From a virus (Duplodnaviria > Caudoviricetes), in IMG/VR virus record IMGVR_UViG_3300044988_000111, positions 1 through 27,280 of that record: DNA of 27,280 nucleotides, one strand, 5' to 3'. A model generated the notes under the pieces. The model saw only the letters and a program-made list of their open reading frames with translations. It was not told the origin of the DNA and did not search any database. Made by a program: the position numbers and the translations under genes. Positions 16,821 through 24,845 of this stretch are shown here, piece by piece (the first letter of the stretch is position 1; each line of letters begins with the position of its first letter).

Positions 16821-17332
16821 TTCTGTACTTTAAAATCTGCTTCTAGTTCTAATTTTAATTTACTGAAACTATTCCATATTTCAAAGTAAGGAAACCACAG
16901 TCCATTCTTTTGGGCTTTGCAACTGATGTGATGAATGATTGTAGTGTGGTCTCTGCCTGCCAAAATTTCCCCAATGTTATGCAACGAATAAGGGGTTAGT
17001 TCTTTTAATAAATTTATAGCAACACTTCTTGCAATAACTAAATGCCTATCCCTTTTCTCTGACAACATTAAATTAATATCAACCCCAAAATGACTAGCAG
17101 TTCTGTAAATAATAGCATCTATGATTGGCGATACTTTTGTTATCTTAACATTGCGCTTTCTTGAAAACTCCATAGCTTTGTAATTGCCAATGTGCTGCAA
17201 TGCCAAACGATAACCTGTTTTAAATCCGGCTTTAAAAAAAGCTGAGTCAGATGCATTTACTTTCTGAAACATGGTTGGTTGAATTAAACTTCTAACTTCT
17301 CTACGCCATTCGTTTTGTGGTTTTGGTCTCAT
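16817..17332 (-). CDS. DnaA C-terminal (domain IV) DNA-binding protein
   Basis: 'KRDRHLVIARSVAINLLKELTPYSLHNIGEILAGRDHTTIIH' DnaA domain IV signature; no AAA+ domain; GGGGAG RBS. Confidence 0.88.
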   Translation of the reverse strand: MRPKPQNEWRREVRSLIQPTMFQKVNASDSAFFKAGFKTGYRLALQHIGNYKAMEFSRKRNVKITKVSPIIDAIIYRTASHFGVDINLMLSEKRDRHLVIARSVAINLLKELTPYSLHNIGEILAGRDHTTIIHHISCKAQKNGLWFPYFEIWNSFSKLKLELEADFKVQK

Positions 17333-17353
17333 AGTTTTCTCCCCATTGTTAAG

Positions 17354-17521
17354 TTAAAACTTTCTTTTCTTCATGTATAAATCTTGATTTTTATGTTTCT
17401 GCTTTCTTATCACAGCTTCCTTTAAACATCTTATACAATAATCCTTGCCATCAAATTCAACCTCTGCTTGAAACACACAATCACAGCAAAGTGGGAACTC
17501 ATTGTTTTTGTTTTCCATCAT
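17354..17521 (-). CDS. Small Zn-finger protein (55 aa)
   Basis: MMENKNNEFPLCCDCVFQAEVEFDGKDYCIRCLKEAVIRK...; two CxxC motifs; ATGA overlap. Confidence 0.7.
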   Translation of the reverse strand: MMENKNNEFPLCCDCVFQAEVEFDGKDYCIRCLKEAVIRKQKHKNQDLYMKKRKF

Positions 17522-17763
17522 TTCAAATACTCACTAATAATTTCAGAAGATAATAGTTTAATAATCTTTCTGTATTCTTCTGTGTCTAATAAATCATACA
17601 CAGCTAAACGTTGAATTAAAGTTAACTCATCTACTTTAAATTTAAAAACCTCTAAGTTAATTAACTTCTCCCTCAATGCTTTCGTTGCAACAGGATCAAT
17701 CCTTGCCATGTCTAATGCTTCGTTAAGTGTCATCTTAAACGGTTTTTCTTGTTTCGCAGGCAT
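17518..17763 (-). CDS. Hypothetical protein (81 aa)
   Basis: ORF track; coupled to neighbours. Confidence 0.65.
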   Translation of the reverse strand: MPAKQEKPFKMTLNEALDMARIDPVATKALREKLINLEVFKFKVDELTLIQRLAVYDLLDTEEYRKIIKLLSSEIISEYLK

Positions 17764-17947
17764 ATAATAATACTTCTTGGTTTCTAAAGAATGTTCCTAT
17801 CTGTTTTCTACCCTTATAGTTCCTAATGTTTTTTGAATAAGTTAATTTGTTAAACACTCTATCGCATTGATAAGCAGATTTTTCATTGTAAAAATCAAAA
17901 GTAACAATGCTACCGTTCATCAATAGAATTGTTAAAACTAATTTCAT
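17735..17947 (-). CDS. Hypothetical protein (70 aa)
   Basis: ORF track; ATGA overlap with upstream small ORF. Confidence 0.65.
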   Translation of the reverse strand: MKLVLTILLMNGSIVTFDFYNEKSAYQCDRVFNKLTYSKNIRNYKGRKQIGTFFRNQEVLLYACETRKTV

Positions 17948-18111
17948 ATTAGTACAAAGATAATAACCAATACAAAGACAACACCAATAAACTTAACTCT
18001 AATTTTATTTAATCGTTTATCTTCTGCCGATTGTTTTTTTTCTAATTCTTTTTGCATACTAAAATCCTTAATAATCTTATGCTGCATTTTATAGTAATAA
18101 TTTATGTCCAT
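17944..18111 (-). CDS. Small C-terminally anchored membrane protein (55 aa)
   Basis: MDINYYYKMQHKIIKDFSMQKELEKKQSAEDKRLNKIRVKFIGVVFVLVIIFVLI; ATGA overlap downstream. Confidence 0.65.
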   Translation of the reverse strand: MDINYYYKMQHKIIKDFSMQKELEKKQSAEDKRLNKIRVKFIGVVFVLVIIFVLI

Positions 18112-18113
18112 GA

Positions 18114-18188
18114 TTATAAGAATATTGCAATAGATAAGCAGACAGAAATGATAAAAGCAAATAATATTATTTTTTTTGTTTCGCTCAT
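18114..18188 (-). CDS. Single-TM micropeptide (24 aa)
   Basis: MSETKKIILFAFIISVCLSIAIFL; ATGA overlap, fills the gap. Confidence 0.55.
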   Translation of the reverse strand: MSETKKIILFAFIISVCLSIAIFL

Positions 18189-18442
18189 ATTACTGTAATT
18201 GATTTGATACAACCTGCAGGAATTGCAACGACATCAGCGAAATCTATAGACTGATCCTTGTTAAAACTCCAAGAACTGAATATCTTTACTGTGTTTCTTG
18301 TCTTAGAAAATAAGAAACCAACTGAAGTACACTCAGCTAAAGTGTGATTTAAAACTTCTGCTTCTGTTAACCAAGCGCCATCAGCATTACAAATATCCAT
18401 CCAAACAATCTCTACTCTTTGGTAATTAAATTTATTATCCAT
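18185..18442 (-). CDS. Conserved phage protein (85 aa)
   Basis: 'V.IVW.DI...W...C.SVGFL...IP.GCI..I' widespread uncharacterised family. Confidence 0.75.
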   Translation of the reverse strand: MDNKFNYQRVEIVWMDICNADGAWLTEAEVLNHTLAECTSVGFLFSKTRNTVKIFSSWSFNKDQSIDFADVVAIPAGCIKSITVI

Positions 18443-18932
18443 TAAATATACTCTCTATTGAAATTAAATCTGTTAGTGGAACTGAATAAACCTTTGGTCT
18501 ATTTTCATATCCAAAATTAGTTAAGTATTCTGGCTTGCCTAAAGCATCACTTGAATTGATATAACCTATCACTTCAAATATTGGACAGCGATCAATAACT
18601 AATATGTATATTTCATTCGCCGAACTATCTTGTCTGATGATTAAGAAGTTTTCATTCTTAGGGGTCTGGCAACGAACTTGTACTCTTTGATTTCTAAAAT
18701 ATAAATCAGCACCCTTAAAATTATTTACATGGTGGTTGAAATGTACCTTTAAACATTTTGCAACAGCAAGTTCAGCTAACGTACCTGATAAAGACTTTGC
18801 AACTTTGTCATTAAAGTTACCAAAGTAACCATGACCCCAATTAATATTCTGTCTCATGCTTTCAGTAATACGCATCAACGCTGTACATCCTGATGTATAA
18901 ATTTCGTATTCGTCTAATTTAATTTGAATCAT
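18435..18932 (-). CDS. Restriction-endonuclease-like fold protein
   Basis: 'GTLAELAVAK..L...GADL....VQVR' degenerate PD-(D/E)XK pattern. Confidence 0.6.
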   Translation of the reverse strand: MIQIKLDEYEIYTSGCTALMRITESMRQNINWGHGYFGNFNDKVAKSLSGTLAELAVAKCLKVHFNHHVNNFKGADLYFRNQRVQVRCQTPKNENFLIIRQDSSANEIYILVIDRCPIFEVIGYINSSDALGKPEYLTNFGYENRPKVYSVPLTDLISIESIFNG

Positions 18933-18943
18933 TGTGATTCGTT

Positions 18944-18972
18944 TTACTAATTTGATTTGTTTTAACTGTCAA
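18944..18972 (-). promoter_or_regulatory. Sigma70-type promoter, near-leaderless transcript
   Basis: TTGACA-17 nt-TAGTAA ending 11 nt before the ATG at 18932; no SD. Confidence 0.6.
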
Positions 18973-19106
18973 TAATTTATCAACACAAACAATTAAATAT
19001 TAAATAAACAATTATATCTCATTGAATTATATATGTTATTTTTTATGAATAAATTAATTGATTATAGTATTGCAATAAACTGTAAATAGTTATACTGATT
19101 CGTTAC

Positions 19107-20000
19107 ATGAACGATTTAAGAATTACTGACCCAGCTTATAAAGCATTTGGTTTAGAGTATGCTAGCGTCTCACAAAATAAATTACCTGAAGATAAAAGAT
19201 TTTTTAATTACATAGTTCTTACACCACAAGAAAGAATGAACATGCCTAAGCGTTCTCACTTTACTATGGGAAACATTGTTCATAACGCAGTACAAAAAAT
19301 TCTCTGCAAAAAGGAAACACTAAAAGATGTTATCTTTGATAAAGAGAAATCATTATTCAAATCATTAAGAGCAGAAAAACCAATAGACGAAAAAGATAAA
19401 GCCAAAAGATATTACATGGCTAAAAATTTTAAATTAACATTAAAGCAATTTCAAACAGCAATAGAGAGTCTGCCAAAACAAAATTGGAATTTTGAAACTG
19501 AGTATGCAACCTGGATAGATGGAATAGGAACTTACTTTAAAATGTTTATAGATTTAGAGGGGCAAGATTATATTGTAGATTTAAAAAATATATTTGGTTC
19601 AGTAATTAAAACTAAAAAAGGTTATTCATATACTAAGAGAGCAGTACCTCAACAACCATTCCATAGTGATTGTATGCAAATGGCAGCTTACTCATACGCA
19701 ACAGGCGGTAAGAAACCTGTGCTTATTTATGCTAATCATTTTGAACATAAAGTATTTACTGAAAACAATTGTGATGATTTAAAACCTGAGAACTTAAAAC
19801 ATTTCTTAGATGAGTTGGTTATGTACCAACAAATATGGGAACAGAAATTAAAGATGGCTAATGGAGATCCTTATGCTTTGGCAAGACTTATTAAACCAGA
19901 TTTTTCAGACATAAGAAAAAAACAAGACTTTTTTTGGAACGATGTGCCTGAAGAATATATAACTAGATTTTTAAATTATTATAAAAATGAGAAACGATAG
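19107..20000 (+). CDS. PD-(D/E)XK (RecB-like) exonuclease
   Basis: 'MGNIVHNAVQ', 'FIDL', 'IVDLK', 'QMAAY' motifs. Confidence 0.85.
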   Translation: MNDLRITDPAYKAFGLEYASVSQNKLPEDKRFFNYIVLTPQERMNMPKRSHFTMGNIVHNAVQKILCKKETLKDVIFDKEKSLFKSLRAEKPIDEKDKAKRYYMAKNFKLTLKQFQTAIESLPKQNWNFETEYATWIDGIGTYFKMFIDLEGQDYIVDLKNIFGSVIKTKKGYSYTKRAVPQQPFHSDCMQMAAYSYATGGKKPVLIYANHFEHKVFTENNCDDLKPENLKHFLDELVMYQQIWEQKLKMANGDPYALARLIKPDFSDIRKKQDFFWNDVPEEYITRFLNYYKNEKR

Positions 20001-20073
20001 ATTTGAAATGTTTATTATTGCTATGCTTGCATTAGTTGCAGTTGAAACAATAAGACATTTATTTGGGATATGA
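19987..20073 (+). CDS. Single-TM micropeptide (28 aa)
   Basis: MRNDRFEMFIIAMLALVAVETIRHLFGI; overlaps end of exonuclease gene and fills the gap. Confidence 0.5.
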   Translation: MRNDRFEMFIIAMLALVAVETIRHLFGI

Positions 20074-20102
20074 AAACAATTAACAATAACAAAGGAGAAA
20101 AG

Positions 20103-20741
20103 ATGGAGAGTATAAACCTGATAGATGCTATCAAAGAATTTAGTGAAAATACTAAAGACAGTTTCATTAATATTCAAGGTAGAAAATATCTTAAAGTAGT
20201 TGATAGACTAAACTTTGTAAGACAAAAGTTTGGTGAGAGACTATGCGTTAAGACAACAACAACATACCCAGATGGTATGGCAATGTTTCAAACTGAAATC
20301 TTTTTAGATGGAAAGTTAATAGGAACTGGACATTCTAAACAGACAGTAAAGAAAGATAAAGAATTTGAGAAGATAGAATCAGTATCTATTGGAAGAGCTT
20401 TAGGTATAGCAGGGTTCGCAGGTTCAGAGCTAGCAACCTTTGAAGAGATGAATGATTTTGTTAAATCAAATCCAGTACAAAATTTTAGTAATACTTATGT
20501 TCAATCTAAGTCTCAATCTACAGATGACGCTAGAGACGACATCATTACTAAGATACAAGATGCAGAAAAGTTTTCAACAACACCTGGAATATTAGAAAAG
20601 AACTTGCAACAAATTTGGTCGCAGTATTCTGAGAAGCTAGGGTTTATGCAAGTTGAAGATCAAGACTTCTACAACACAATACTACAAGCTAGAAAAAAAG
20701 CAGAGCAAACAGTAAGAACAAGGAGTAACAATGGCAGATAA
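20103..20741 (+). CDS. Putative ssDNA-annealing recombinase (Rad52/Sak-like)
   Basis: 'GRKYLKVVDRL', 'GTGHS', 'EKIESVSIGRALG..G' motifs; between exonuclease and SSB; start moved from 20070 to ATG 20103 because of AAGGAG RBS. Confidence 0.6.
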   Translation: MESINLIDAIKEFSENTKDSFINIQGRKYLKVVDRLNFVRQKFGERLCVKTTTTYPDGMAMFQTEIFLDGKLIGTGHSKQTVKKDKEFEKIESVSIGRALGIAGFAGSELATFEEMNDFVKSNPVQNFSNTYVQSKSQSTDDARDDIITKIQDAEKFSTTPGILEKNLQQIWSQYSEKLGFMQVEDQDFYNTILQARKKAEQTVRTRSNNGR

Positions 20742-20952
20742 TAAATATGATAATACACTTTCTCTATGGAAAAATGCAAAGCGTAGAGAAGGGAAACAAG
20801 ACCCACAATATACAGGTAGCGGAATGATTGATGGAAAGAAATGGTCTATCTCTGGTTGGATTAATACAGCTAAGAAGAATGAGAAAGCACCGGATATTTC
20901 TATTAAAGTAAATCCGTTTAAAGAGTCAACAAAAGATAAAATGCCGTTTTAA
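20731..20952 (+). CDS. Small ssDNA-binding-like protein (DUF736-like)
   Basis: 'PQYTG...ISGW...ISIKV' and C-terminal 'MPF' SSB-type tail; AGGAG RBS. Confidence 0.65.
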   Translation: MADNKYDNTLSLWKNAKRREGKQDPQYTGSGMIDGKKWSISGWINTAKKNEKAPDISIKVNPFKESTKDKMPF

Positions 20953-20955
20953 TCT

Positions 20956-21255
20956 ATGAGCGATAATATTAATCCAAGTCATTATAAGAACAAATCAATA
21001 GAGACTATCCATGCTATATGCTCTCAGTTATCTGAAGCAGAAATGGTTGGTTATCTTAGAGCTTCTATAATGAAATACATTATGCGTTTTGGTAGTAAGA
21101 ATGGTTTTACTTTAGAGAAAGCCATTGAAGATACAAGAAAATGCAAATGGTTTTTGGATCAATTATTATTAGAACTAGATACTATTAAGAGTTCAGGTAA
21201 TGACTCTTATAAACATTCTAATGTTCATAGTTTATTTCCAAAGGATAAAAAATGA
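20956..21255 (+). CDS. DUF3310 protein (SaV / T7 gp1.7-like)
   Basis: 'DNINPSHY...IETI...KYIMR.G.K...ED..K..WFL'. Confidence 0.85.
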   Translation: MSDNINPSHYKNKSIETIHAICSQLSEAEMVGYLRASIMKYIMRFGSKNGFTLEKAIEDTRKCKWFLDQLLLELDTIKSSGNDSYKHSNVHSLFPKDKK

Positions 21256-21548
21256 ATAAGAAGAATGGCAAAGACTATATATTTCTAAGTAAAGTCAAGG
21301 CAGATGTATTAAATTACATAGCTAACTTTGTTAAAGAAAAGAACTACTCCCCCACTTTAATAGAGATTGGCAATCGCTTTGGCTTTACTAGAAGTAGATC
21401 AAATGCAATCGTAAATGATTTAGCTAGAGCTAATCTATTATCTAAGGATGTAAGATACCCCCAGAGAAAGATTAAACTAAGTCATCAACAACTAACAAAG
21501 ATAAGTTCTTTGAAAGTCAACGAAATATATCCGGTAAATGAAATTTGA
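21252..21548 (+). CDS. LexA-type N-terminal HTH DNA-binding protein
   Basis: 'VLNYIANFVKEKNYSPTLIEIGNRFGF'; no peptidase domain. Confidence 0.75.
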   Translation: MNKKNGKDYIFLSKVKADVLNYIANFVKEKNYSPTLIEIGNRFGFTRSRSNAIVNDLARANLLSKDVRYPQRKIKLSHQQLTKISSLKVNEIYPVNEI

Positions 21549-21717
21549 AAAAACTTATTTTTACGAATTCAATGCAAAGTTTAAAGAGATTTTTGATGAT
21601 GTGGAAGTTGCCGCAAAGTCAGAAAAACCTGGCAAGATAAAAGACTTAGAGATTACTAATGTTAAATTTATCTCTGCCAACATTAAACAGGTAAAAGAAA
21701 AAGAAAAGAATGGATAG
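21538..21717 (+). CDS. Hypothetical protein (59 aa)
   Basis: MKFEKTYFYEFNAKFKEIFDDVEVAAKSEKPGKIKDLEITNVKFISANIKQVKEKEKNG; overlaps both neighbours. Confidence 0.7.
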   Translation: MKFEKTYFYEFNAKFKEIFDDVEVAAKSEKPGKIKDLEITNVKFISANIKQVKEKEKNG

Positions 21718-21883
21718 AGAAAACGATCCTAAAAAACAAGTCAAGATAGAAAAGCGTTATTATACTCTACTTGAAAAAGAAAAGAAGTTAGAAGAAGAAG
21801 CGCTTAAAGTTGCAGAGAAGAAAAGGAAAGCTGCATACGAACTTGGTATGAAGGATTTAGAATTTGAAGATATAGCCAGTTAA
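21710..21883 (+). CDS. Small coiled-coil protein (57 aa)
   Basis: MDRENDPKKQVKIEKRYYTLLEKEKKLEEEALKVAEKKRKAAYELGMKDLEFEDIAS. Confidence 0.7.
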   Translation: MDRENDPKKQVKIEKRYYTLLEKEKKLEEEALKVAEKKRKAAYELGMKDLEFEDIAS

Positions 21884-21934
21884 AGAATAATTGGTATGCG
21901 TACTGTAGGTTGTAAAACAACTAAGGAGAGAGAC

Positions 21935-22027
21935 ATGACTAAAAAAAGAGAGATAGTAGGTTATCATGGATATTATGATAGCAAGAAGAAGCGCAGAGTG
22001 TTAAAGGTATTGTATAAAAAAATTTAA
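21935..22027 (+). CDS. Basic micropeptide (30 aa)
   Basis: MTKKREIVGYHGYYDSKKKRRVLKVLYKKI; AAGGAGAG RBS. Confidence 0.6.
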   Translation: MTKKREIVGYHGYYDSKKKRRVLKVLYKKI

Positions 22028-22123
22028 TTATTAATGAATTCAATTGGAGAAATAGACTGCCAAATGAATATTGACTATGTCAATTTTGAAAGTGTCTATA
22101 TTTGTTTTTATCTAGCGTAGAAG

Positions 22124-22154
22124 TATAGGGAGTTTTTCGTTGAGACTCCCTATA
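22124..22154. terminator. Terminator between convergent operons
   Basis: TATAGGGAGT...ACTCCCTATA 10-bp perfect stem at the convergence point. Confidence 0.75.
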
Positions 22155-22159
22155 TTAAA

Positions 22160-22285
22160 TTATTTTTTAACGCCTTTAATTATTCCTTTATTAAAAGATG
22201 CATAGAATACAGAAGCTCCTCTTTTCTTACCATAATTTTTTTGCATTTCTTTCATAATCTTTTTTCCCTTTTTACTTAGCGGCAT
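22160..22285 (-). CDS. Conserved small basic phage protein (41 aa)
   Basis: MPLSKKGKKIMKEMQKNYGKKRGASVFYASFNKGIIKGVKK; AAGGA RBS. Confidence 0.8.
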   Translation of the reverse strand: MPLSKKGKKIMKEMQKNYGKKRGASVFYASFNKGIIKGVKK

Positions 22286-22287
22286 AG

Positions 22288-22938
22288 TTATTCCTTTGTA
22301 TTATAAAATTGACTATCATCATTTTCTGTTCTCCAGCTGTCAGTCTCTACGCTTGGATAATCCATATTAGTTTTATAATCTGGAATATTATCTTTAACAG
22401 TAAAGTTAGGAAGATTAAACAAAATTCTATTATTAGGCATTAAAGCATAGTTGCCTTGCCATAAATCATTCTCTGCTATCTCTAATATATGATGATGTTT
22501 ATGTTCTGGTGATATTTCTGAATAAGTAGTGTTTAATAAGTTAATATCAGGTTGACAATAATCTATTGAGAATTCGTAATTAGCTTTATGTAATTGATTA
22601 TTTCTATCTAAGAATTTACATTGAGAAGTAGCTAAAGCATTATACTCAACAACGCCTGCATAATAAGATAGACAATCCCAATAAGCCAAGTCTTTTAATT
22701 GTAAATCTTTAACTTGATTTCTTTTATATCCATCTGCAAAGAAAGCATGAATTGGAAGTCTTGCATAGTTAGCACCATTAGGCAGCAAGATATTAAATAA
22801 AGGAGTTCTACCTTCTAATGTAGTAATAGAATGGATTAAGCAATCCTCTTCTTCTCCTATATGTTTTTCTTTATTATATAGAAACTCTAGTCTGATCTTT
22901 GCTTTCCAGACTGGGATGTTGTGGTTTAGAAACGCCAT
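22288..22938 (-). CDS. Conserved aquatic-phage protein of unknown function (216 aa)
   Basis: 'LN.NIP', 'NGANYARLPIHAF', 'WDC.SY', 'EHK..H', 'PNNR' motifs. Confidence 0.8.
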   Translation of the reverse strand: MAFLNHNIPVWKAKIRLEFLYNKEKHIGEEEDCLIHSITTLEGRTPLFNILLPNGANYARLPIHAFFADGYKRNQVKDLQLKDLAYWDCLSYYAGVVEYNALATSQCKFLDRNNQLHKANYEFSIDYCQPDINLLNTTYSEISPEHKHHHILEIAENDLWQGNYALMPNNRILFNLPNFTVKDNIPDYKTNMDYPSVETDSWRTENDDSQFYNTKE

Positions 22939-23077
22939 CGTTATATTCTTTCTCCATGCAATTTACATGCTGGCATTTTCTATCTGCGTAGATAACAAAT
23001 GAATCTGTATTAACAATTTCAACAGCACAAGATTTACAAAAACCTACATGCTGTAATCTGAATTTTTTTTTAGACAT
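22874..23077 (-). CDS. Small Cys/His Zn-binding protein (67 aa)
   Basis: CKSC...CQHVNC; 65-nt overlap with next gene. Confidence 0.55.
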   Translation of the reverse strand: MSKKKFRLQHVGFCKSCAVEIVNTDSFVIYADRKCQHVNCMEKEYNDGVSKPQHPSLESKDQTRVSI

Positions 23078-23323
23078 CTACCAATTTTTGCAAGACCAAT
23101 ATCTAGCTGTGAATTTATCTTTAGCTGTATCGCAGTTGTGTCTAGCTCTAAAAGATTTTCTTCTTGATGATATAAATTTTTTAATCTTCATCTCAGGATC
23201 ACCATATCTAACTAACTTAACTTGGTTACCCTTCTTAGCAAGAACAGCAAACTTCTTTCTCTCTCCTGGAGTTCTTTTCTGTTTATTATATCCGGAGAAT
23301 TTCTCTCCTCTATAAACAACCAT
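23078..23323 (-). CDS. Conserved basic protein (81 aa)
   Basis: 'KLVRYGDP...RRKSFRARHNC...ARYWSC..W' widespread phage family. Confidence 0.8.
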   Translation of the reverse strand: MVVYRGEKFSGYNKQKRTPGERKKFAVLAKKGNQVKLVRYGDPEMKIKKFISSRRKSFRARHNCDTAKDKFTARYWSCKNW

Positions 23324-23559
23324 TATCTTGCTAATGGATTAGATGAGCTTGCTCTAAGTTCTTTCATTTGAACTTTTAGTAATTCAATTTCTTTTTGTGC
23401 AATAGCTAAGTCTTGTTTAATCTGACCAGCTTTAGCAGGATCAATGCTGTCAATCTTTGACATGATCTCTCCATACTTGATGAAGCCACCACCAATAGTA
23501 CCAATGATTGCAACTGTTGCTATAATTTCTTTTAAATTATTCTTAACTTTATCTATCAT
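23323..23559 (-). CDS. Membrane-anchored coiled-coil protein (78 aa)
   Basis: TM 'IIATVAIIGTIGGGFI', heptads, C-terminal 'NPL'. Confidence 0.75.
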   Translation of the reverse strand: MIDKVKNNLKEIIATVAIIGTIGGGFIKYGEIMSKIDSIDPAKAGQIKQDLAIAQKEIELLKVQMKELRASSSNPLAR

Positions 23560-23560
23560 A

Positions 23561-24829
23561 TTAACCTTTTGTTTTTCTAAGTTTTTCTAATTGGATAATA
23601 ATATCATCCTCTTCTTCTTGTATTTGTTTTAACATATTTTGTCTAGCTACCAATGGGTCTTTGTTTATATAATTGTTTAGATTAACATTAACATATATGG
23701 CTTTTTGTTCCAGTTGTAATTGATTAAAGAAATCAGGATTAGGAACACCTACCATTTGCTTTGATATATAAAATGGTTTATTCTCATACACACTTAAACT
23801 AGGTTGATTACTTTTTAATGCGTCAATTTTTATTTCTTGTACTGACTTCACTTTTGTATCTACACCTTTTAATTCTTTTTCTACTTTATCTAATTGTTGT
23901 TTCGCTTTGGCATCTACCTGCGTACTGCCTACACTTTGTTTCTCTTCAGTTGAAGAAACTTTAGTAGTATCTTTGCCTGTGGGTAACTCTTCTTTTGAAG
24001 ATTTTTGTTCTTTGATTGACTCTTCTTTGTTCTCTGTTTGTTCTTTATTAACTTCTTTAGGTTGTTCTGTGGATTGTTTTGTTTGTTCTGGCGCTGGTTG
24101 TGCCAACTGAATTGTTTCATTAATCTTTGTTGGTTCAGAAGATTGCTGAACTACAACAGGAGATTCTATAACCGGAGATTCAATAATTGCTGCAACAATA
24201 GGTTCTGTAATTGTAACTTGCTGAATAACTGGACTTAAAATTTCAATGGGAGTTATTGTAATAGGTGGCAAAGGATTTGTTACATACGTAACAGTCAAAG
24301 AAGGATTAATTAAATCAGCAGCATAGTGATATGGAGAATTTGTAGATTCATAAAAAGAAAATCTACTTGTAATACTGTAATTGTTTTGTAAGTTTTTATC
24401 TATAACAGCTATGTTTAAATAATTATTAAAATAAGAATTAGTAAAGTTAACTGTTCTATTTTGTGTGGTAGATACACCGTTATCATTAGTAATAACTTGT
24501 GTCATGGTTACATTTTGATTTGGATTGCCAGACCAAAACCAAATATCTGCACCCTGAGTAGATGTAAAACCCTCATTGATTTGTGCTTTAGATAATCCAA
24601 CAGTAGATAATGAAATTGTATTCTCAATATATTGACCACTAACTCCTGCTATTGTTCCGCTACCATGAGTAGAATAAAGATTAGTTCCACTCCAACCATT
24701 AGCAGTTGTGAATGTACTTGGAGTTAAATTAGAAGTTGTTGTTGTTTGAGAAAATGAAACTACAGAAGTAATAAACCAAATAATAAAAGTGTAAAAAATG
24801 ACCATGAGTTTTCTTTCGCTTCGTACCAA
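23561..24829 (-). CDS. Exported protein: beta domain, Pro/Glu-rich linker, coiled coil
   Basis: Hydrophobic signal-like N-terminus ending 'SFS-QTTT'; start may be ATG at 24805 rather than TTG at 24829. Confidence 0.75.
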   Translation of the reverse strand: MVRSERKLMVIFYTFIIWFITSVVSFSQTTTTSNLTPSTFTTANGWSGTNLYSTHGSGTIAGVSGQYIENTISLSTVGLSKAQINEGFTSTQGADIWFWSGNPNQNVTMTQVITNDNGVSTTQNRTVNFTNSYFNNYLNIAVIDKNLQNNYSITSRFSFYESTNSPYHYAADLINPSLTVTYVTNPLPPITITPIEILSPVIQQVTITEPIVAAIIESPVIESPVVVQQSSEPTKINETIQLAQPAPEQTKQSTEQPKEVNKEQTENKEESIKEQKSSKEELPTGKDTTKVSSTEEKQSVGSTQVDAKAKQQLDKVEKELKGVDTKVKSVQEIKIDALKSNQPSLSVYENKPFYISKQMVGVPNPDFFNQLQLEQKAIYVNVNLNNYINKDPLVARQNMLKQIQEEEDDIIIQLEKLRKTKG

Positions 24830-24845
24830 GCGTCTATATCTTCAA

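Noticed and set aside
19107-20000. Cas4-like interpretation of the nuclease
   Set aside because: Lacks the four-Cys Fe-S arrangement; context is an exonuclease-annealase-SSB recombination module
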